Source: Acidimicrobiaceae bacterium (GTDB lineage Bacteria > Actinomycetota > Acidimicrobiia > Acidimicrobiales > RAAP-2). Taken from it: a stretch of DNA of 64,000 nt. Every line of letters starts with the position of its first letter. The first letter of the stretch is position 1. Below, piece after piece: positions 60,742-64,000 of the stretch. Position numbers and translations under genes: made by a program. Under the pieces are notes generated by a model, which did not search any database, had not been told where the DNA came from, and saw nothing but the letters and a program-made list of their open reading frames with translations. The DNA is taken from positions 6,644 through 70,643 of the forward strand of contig DAIDKS010000001.1 in assembly GCA_027449885.1 (NCBI GenBank), in the 5' to 3' direction.

Positions 60742-61503
60742 ATGCGATTCCGAACTCCGTCAATCCCGCGTCGGTCGACCACTAGCTCACGACGCCGGGT
60801 GGCGTCGATCGTGACGGCGGCGGGTCTCGTCGCCCTTCCCCCGCTCGCCTTGATCCCCTGGGCCGCTCCGGCGTCGGGCAGCCCCTCCACACCCTTCAAC
60901 TTCCTCGTGCGGCACCAGGCCTACCTGGTGCTCCGCACGCGTGCGGGGGCCGTGTCGTACATCCCGATCTCCGCGTACTCCTGGGGCCTACATCGCGTGA
61001 TGGAGTCGTCACCCACCAGTCTCAGTGGGCCCGTGATCGGACCGGTTCGGATGGACGACCTCGTCGTGACGCGTCAGATCGACCAGTCGAGCCCCAGCCT
61101 CGTGGCGCAACTCGCCAACGCGACAGCCTTCGACAGCGTCCTCCTCGAGATCCCCGTACTGGCCAATCGGTACGCGAACGTCCCCGAGAACTACTACCAG
61201 CCGGTGGAGTTCCGGAACCCGGTCCTGATCTCCGATGCGTGGAGCGCATCCCCGACGAACGTCAACCAGGGAGTGCTGGTGTCCAGCGAGCGTCTCGAGT
61301 TCACGTACGACAAGGCCACCGTGCTGACACCGGTCCACACGTACAACCCGCCCACCACGGTGCCGCCCACGACGGTGCCGCCCACGACGTCCACGAGCAC
61401 GTCGACGACCACGACGACGGCTCCGCCACCACCCCCGCCACCGCCGACGACCGCTCCCACGACGACAACGACCGGCATCCCCAACTCCATCCCGCTGGGA
61501 TAA
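60742..61503 (+). CDS. Secreted Hcp-like (T6SS/phage tube fold) protein with Pro/Thr-rich tail
   Basis: Signal peptide; IPISAYSWG, DLVVTRQIDQSSPSL, YYQPVEFRNPVLIS, SERLEFTYDK resemble Hcp1 motifs. Confidence 0.65.
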   Translation: MRFRTPSIPRRSTTSSRRRVASIVTAAGLVALPPLALIPWAAPASGSPSTPFNFLVRHQAYLVLRTRAGAVSYIPISAYSWGLHRVMESSPTSLSGPVIGPVRMDDLVVTRQIDQSSPSLVAQLANATAFDSVLLEIPVLANRYANVPENYYQPVEFRNPVLISDAWSASPTNVNQGVLVSSERLEFTYDKATVLTPVHTYNPPTTVPPTTVPPTTSTSTSTTTTTAPPPPPPPPTTAPTTTTTGIPNSIPLG

Positions 61504-61609
61504 CGGAGGGCGCCGAGCGCCCGCCATCGACCGGAGACGTCACGGCCGGGTCCTGGTTCGACCCACGACAGGAGATCTCCGGGGCCTCGGTGGAGGGTCC
61601 TGACGGGGC

Positions 61610-62320
61610 TCAGCCCTCGACGGCTTCTCCGAGGTAGACGGCTCGAACCCGGGGGTCAACGAGGAGGTTGGCGGCGCTGTCTCCGAAGACGATCCGACCG
61701 TTCTCCATCACGTAACCCCGGTCCGCGAGCTGCAGGGCCTGAGAGGCGTTCTGCTCGACCACGAGGACCGTCGTCCCACTGTCGCGGATCTCACCAATGA
61801 TCCGGAAGATCTGCTCGATGATCATCGGAGCGAGGCCCATGGACGGCTCGTCGAGCAAGATGAGGCGCGGCTGGCTCATCAGTGCTCTGCCGATGGCCAG
61901 CATCTGCTGCTCCCCTCCGGAGAGATTGCCGCCGAGTTGCTTGCGACGCTCCTTCAGGATCGGGAAGGTCGAGTACATCCGCTCGATGTCGTCGGAGATG
62001 GAGCCTCGCCGTCGGAAGGCGCCCATCTCGAGGTTCTCCTCCACCGTCATCTGTGGGAAGATGCGACGCCCCTCGGGCACGTGGCTGATGCCCCGTGCGC
62101 TCATCTCGTGCGCCTTGACGCGTGACACGTCCTTCCCCTCGAACCACACCGATCCACTCGCCGGTGCGTGCAGTCCCGAGATCATGCGCAGAGTGGTCGA
62201 CTTGCCCGCCCCGTTCGCGCCGAGCAGGGTCACGATCTCCCCCTGCTGCACCTCGAACGAGATTCCGTGGAGCGCGGTGATGGCCCCGTAACTGACGACG
62301 GCGTCGCGAACCTCCAGCAT
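61610..62320 (-). CDS. livF: Branched-chain amino acid ABC ATPase
   Basis: GANGAGKST, HVPEGRRIF, LSGGEQQMLAIGR. Confidence 0.93.
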   Translation of the reverse strand: MLEVRDAVVSYGAITALHGISFEVQQGEIVTLLGANGAGKSTTLRMISGLHAPASGSVWFEGKDVSRVKAHEMSARGISHVPEGRRIFPQMTVEENLEMGAFRRRGSISDDIERMYSTFPILKERRKQLGGNLSGGEQQMLAIGRALMSQPRLILLDEPSMGLAPMIIEQIFRIIGEIRDSGTTVLVVEQNASQALQLADRGYVMENGRIVFGDSAANLLVDPRVRAVYLGEAVEG

Positions 62321-63126
62321 CAGCGCCCTCCCGTCTCGCTGGCCGACGACCCGAGGTAGGCCTCGATCACCACGGGGTTGGCCCGAATCTCGTCGGGCGT
62401 CCCCTCGGCGATCACACTGCCGAAGTTCAGCACGTAGAGCCGTTCCGCGAGGGACATCACGAGCTTCATGTCGTGCTCGATGAGGAGGATCGACACGCCC
62501 ATCTCGTCGCGGACCTTGCGGATGAGGTCCGTCAGCTCGATCTTCTCGGCCGGATTCGTCCCGGCCGCGGGCTCGTCGAGCAGGAGTACCTGGGGCTTCG
62601 TCGCGAGACCGCGGGCGATCTCGAGGCGCCGGCGATCACCGTAGGAGAGCGACGCCGACACCGTATTGGCCTGGTTCCGCAGTCCGACGAACTCGAGGAG
62701 GCGCAGGGTGTCTCGATCCGACTCCCGCTCGTCGCGCCGCGTCCCGGGCCCGCGGAGCATCGCGCCAACGGCCCCGAGACCTCGGTGGGACTCGGCGCCG
62801 ATCTTCACGTTCTCGAAGACGGTGAGTGCGCTGAACATGCGTGACGCCTGGAAGGTTCGCGCGACGCCCAGAGACGCCACCCGGTGGGCCTTCTTGCCGA
62901 TGATCGAGGTCGTGCGACCGTCGGCGTCGGTGAAGGTGATGGTCCCCTCCTGGGGCTGATAGACGCCGGTCAAGGAGTTGAAGAGCGACGTCTTGCCCGC
63001 CCCGTTGGGCCCGATGACCGCGAGGATCTCACCCGACTTCTGGAAGAGGGTGACGTGCGACAGCGAGACCACCCCACCGAAGCGCAGGGTTACGTCCTGG
63101 ACGTTGAAGGTGCGGGTCTCGCTCAC
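62320..63126 (-). CDS. livG: Branched-chain amino acid ABC ATPase
   Basis: GPNGAGKTS, ARTFQ, LSYGDRRRLEIAR, IEHDM. Confidence 0.93.
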   Translation of the reverse strand: MSETRTFNVQDVTLRFGGVVSLSHVTLFQKSGEILAVIGPNGAGKTSLFNSLTGVYQPQEGTITFTDADGRTTSIIGKKAHRVASLGVARTFQASRMFSALTVFENVKIGAESHRGLGAVGAMLRGPGTRRDERESDRDTLRLLEFVGLRNQANTVSASLSYGDRRRLEIARGLATKPQVLLLDEPAAGTNPAEKIELTDLIRKVRDEMGVSILLIEHDMKLVMSLAERLYVLNFGSVIAEGTPDEIRANPVVIEAYLGSSASETGGR

Positions 63127-64000
63127 GGTTGATCCCCCGTCAGCACCTCGTTCATGTGACCCTCGCCGGCCTCCGAGAGGCCGATCTCGCGCTTGCGCCG
63201 CCGCGACGGGATGAGACCCGCGGGCCGCAGGATCATCATCACCATCAGAAGGGCACCGATGTACAAGAAGAGGTCGGCGGGGTTGTAGCCCGCCGGCGGA
63301 GAGTGGAACAGGTACGAGGAGAGGACCTCGATCACCGTGGCCCCGACCACCACACCGGCGATCGATCCCATCCCTCCGAAGATGACGAGCACGAGGACGT
63401 TGATCGACACCTGGAGGACGAACGACGTCGGCAAGACGAAGTTCGACTGGCCCGCCGTCATCACGCCCGCGAAGCCGGCGCTCGCCGCGCCGATAGCGAA
63501 GGCCATCACCTTGTACTTCAGGGGATTGATGCCGAGGGACTCGGCGGCGACCTCGTCCTCGCGAATCGCCGTCCAGGCCCGACCGACTCGTGAGTGCTCA
63601 AGCAACGAGAAACCGATGATGAACGCGACGATGAAGACGAGGGTTAAGTAGTAGTAGGGAACGGGATTCAGCGTCCAGACGTACCGGATCGGCCCGAGGT
63701 GGATCGAGAAGTGCGGGATGGGGTGCTTGCCGGTCACCCCACCCGTCCCGTACGCGCCGCCGGTGATGCCGAAGAGGTTGTTCGCGAAGATCGTCACGAT
63801 CTCCCCGAAGCCCAGCGTGACGATGGCCAGGTAGTCGCCCCGCAACCGCAGCGTGGGGGTGCCGAGGAGGACGCCCGCCAGCATGGCCAGCACGATGGCC
63901 ACGGGAATCGCCCAGAACGTGTTGACGGGATGGTGGAACGGTGCGGGCGTCGGGAGCGAGCCCGTCACCCACGCCGTCGCGTAGGCGCCGATCGCGTAGA
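63123..64000 (-). CDS. livM: Branched-chain amino acid ABC permease (5' end outside window)
   Basis: LRLRGDYLAIVTLGFGE, AIREDEVAA, GGMGS. Confidence 0.92.
   Translation of the reverse strand, partial: YAIGAYATAWVTGSLPTPAPFHHPVNTFWAIPVAIVLAMLAGVLLGTPTLRLRGDYLAIVTLGFGEIVTIFANNLFGITGGAYGTGGVTGKHPIPHFSIHLGPIRYVWTLNPVPYYYLTLVFIVAFIIGFSLLEHSRVGRAWTAIREDEVAAESLGINPLKYKVMAFAIGAASAGFAGVMTAGQSNFVLPTSFVLQVSINVLVLVIFGGMGSIAGVVVGATVIEVLSSYLFHSPPAGYNPADLFLYIGALLMVMMILRPAGLIPSRRRKREIGLSEAGEGHMNEVLTGDQP

Noticed and set aside
60742-61503. A type VI secretion locus
   Set aside because: No sheath, VgrG, baseplate or membrane-complex genes nearby; only the lone Hcp-like gene is reported

Overview
High-GC actinobacterial DNA; gene content fits an Acidimicrobiia-like organism from an acidic, metal-rich habitat (inference). 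(1) 1-16.4 kb, visibly lower GC, ending at tRNA-Val(GAC): SGNH hydrolase / aldehyde dehydrogenase / acyl-CoA ligase / acyltransferase-3 / SGNH cluster next to an Rpf-like gene, then a Ser/Thr kinase, a PspC two-component module, cspA, ada and an EamA transporter. (2) 16.5-31.2 kb: high-GC chromosomal genes. (3) 31.2-52.6 kb: two elements in tandem at tRNA-Cys(GCA), bounded by three identical 49-bp copies of the tRNA 3' part. Element A (14.9 kb) carries sulfur, acid and arsenic genes; element B (6.5 kb) carries an unusual mercury operon. Neither encodes a recognisable integrase, yet their ends are homologous, with conserved arm-like repeats and a second core-like site exactly 200 bp inside the right att. 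This is the best candidate for an undescribed system: non-autonomous tRNA-targeting cassettes. (4) 52.6-64 kb: a LexA-box lysM-nrdR-deacetylase-dinB operon, an AAA+/VWA pair, MarR/MFS, an orphan signal-peptide Hcp-like protein and liv genes. All product calls come from reading motifs by eye; no database search was run.
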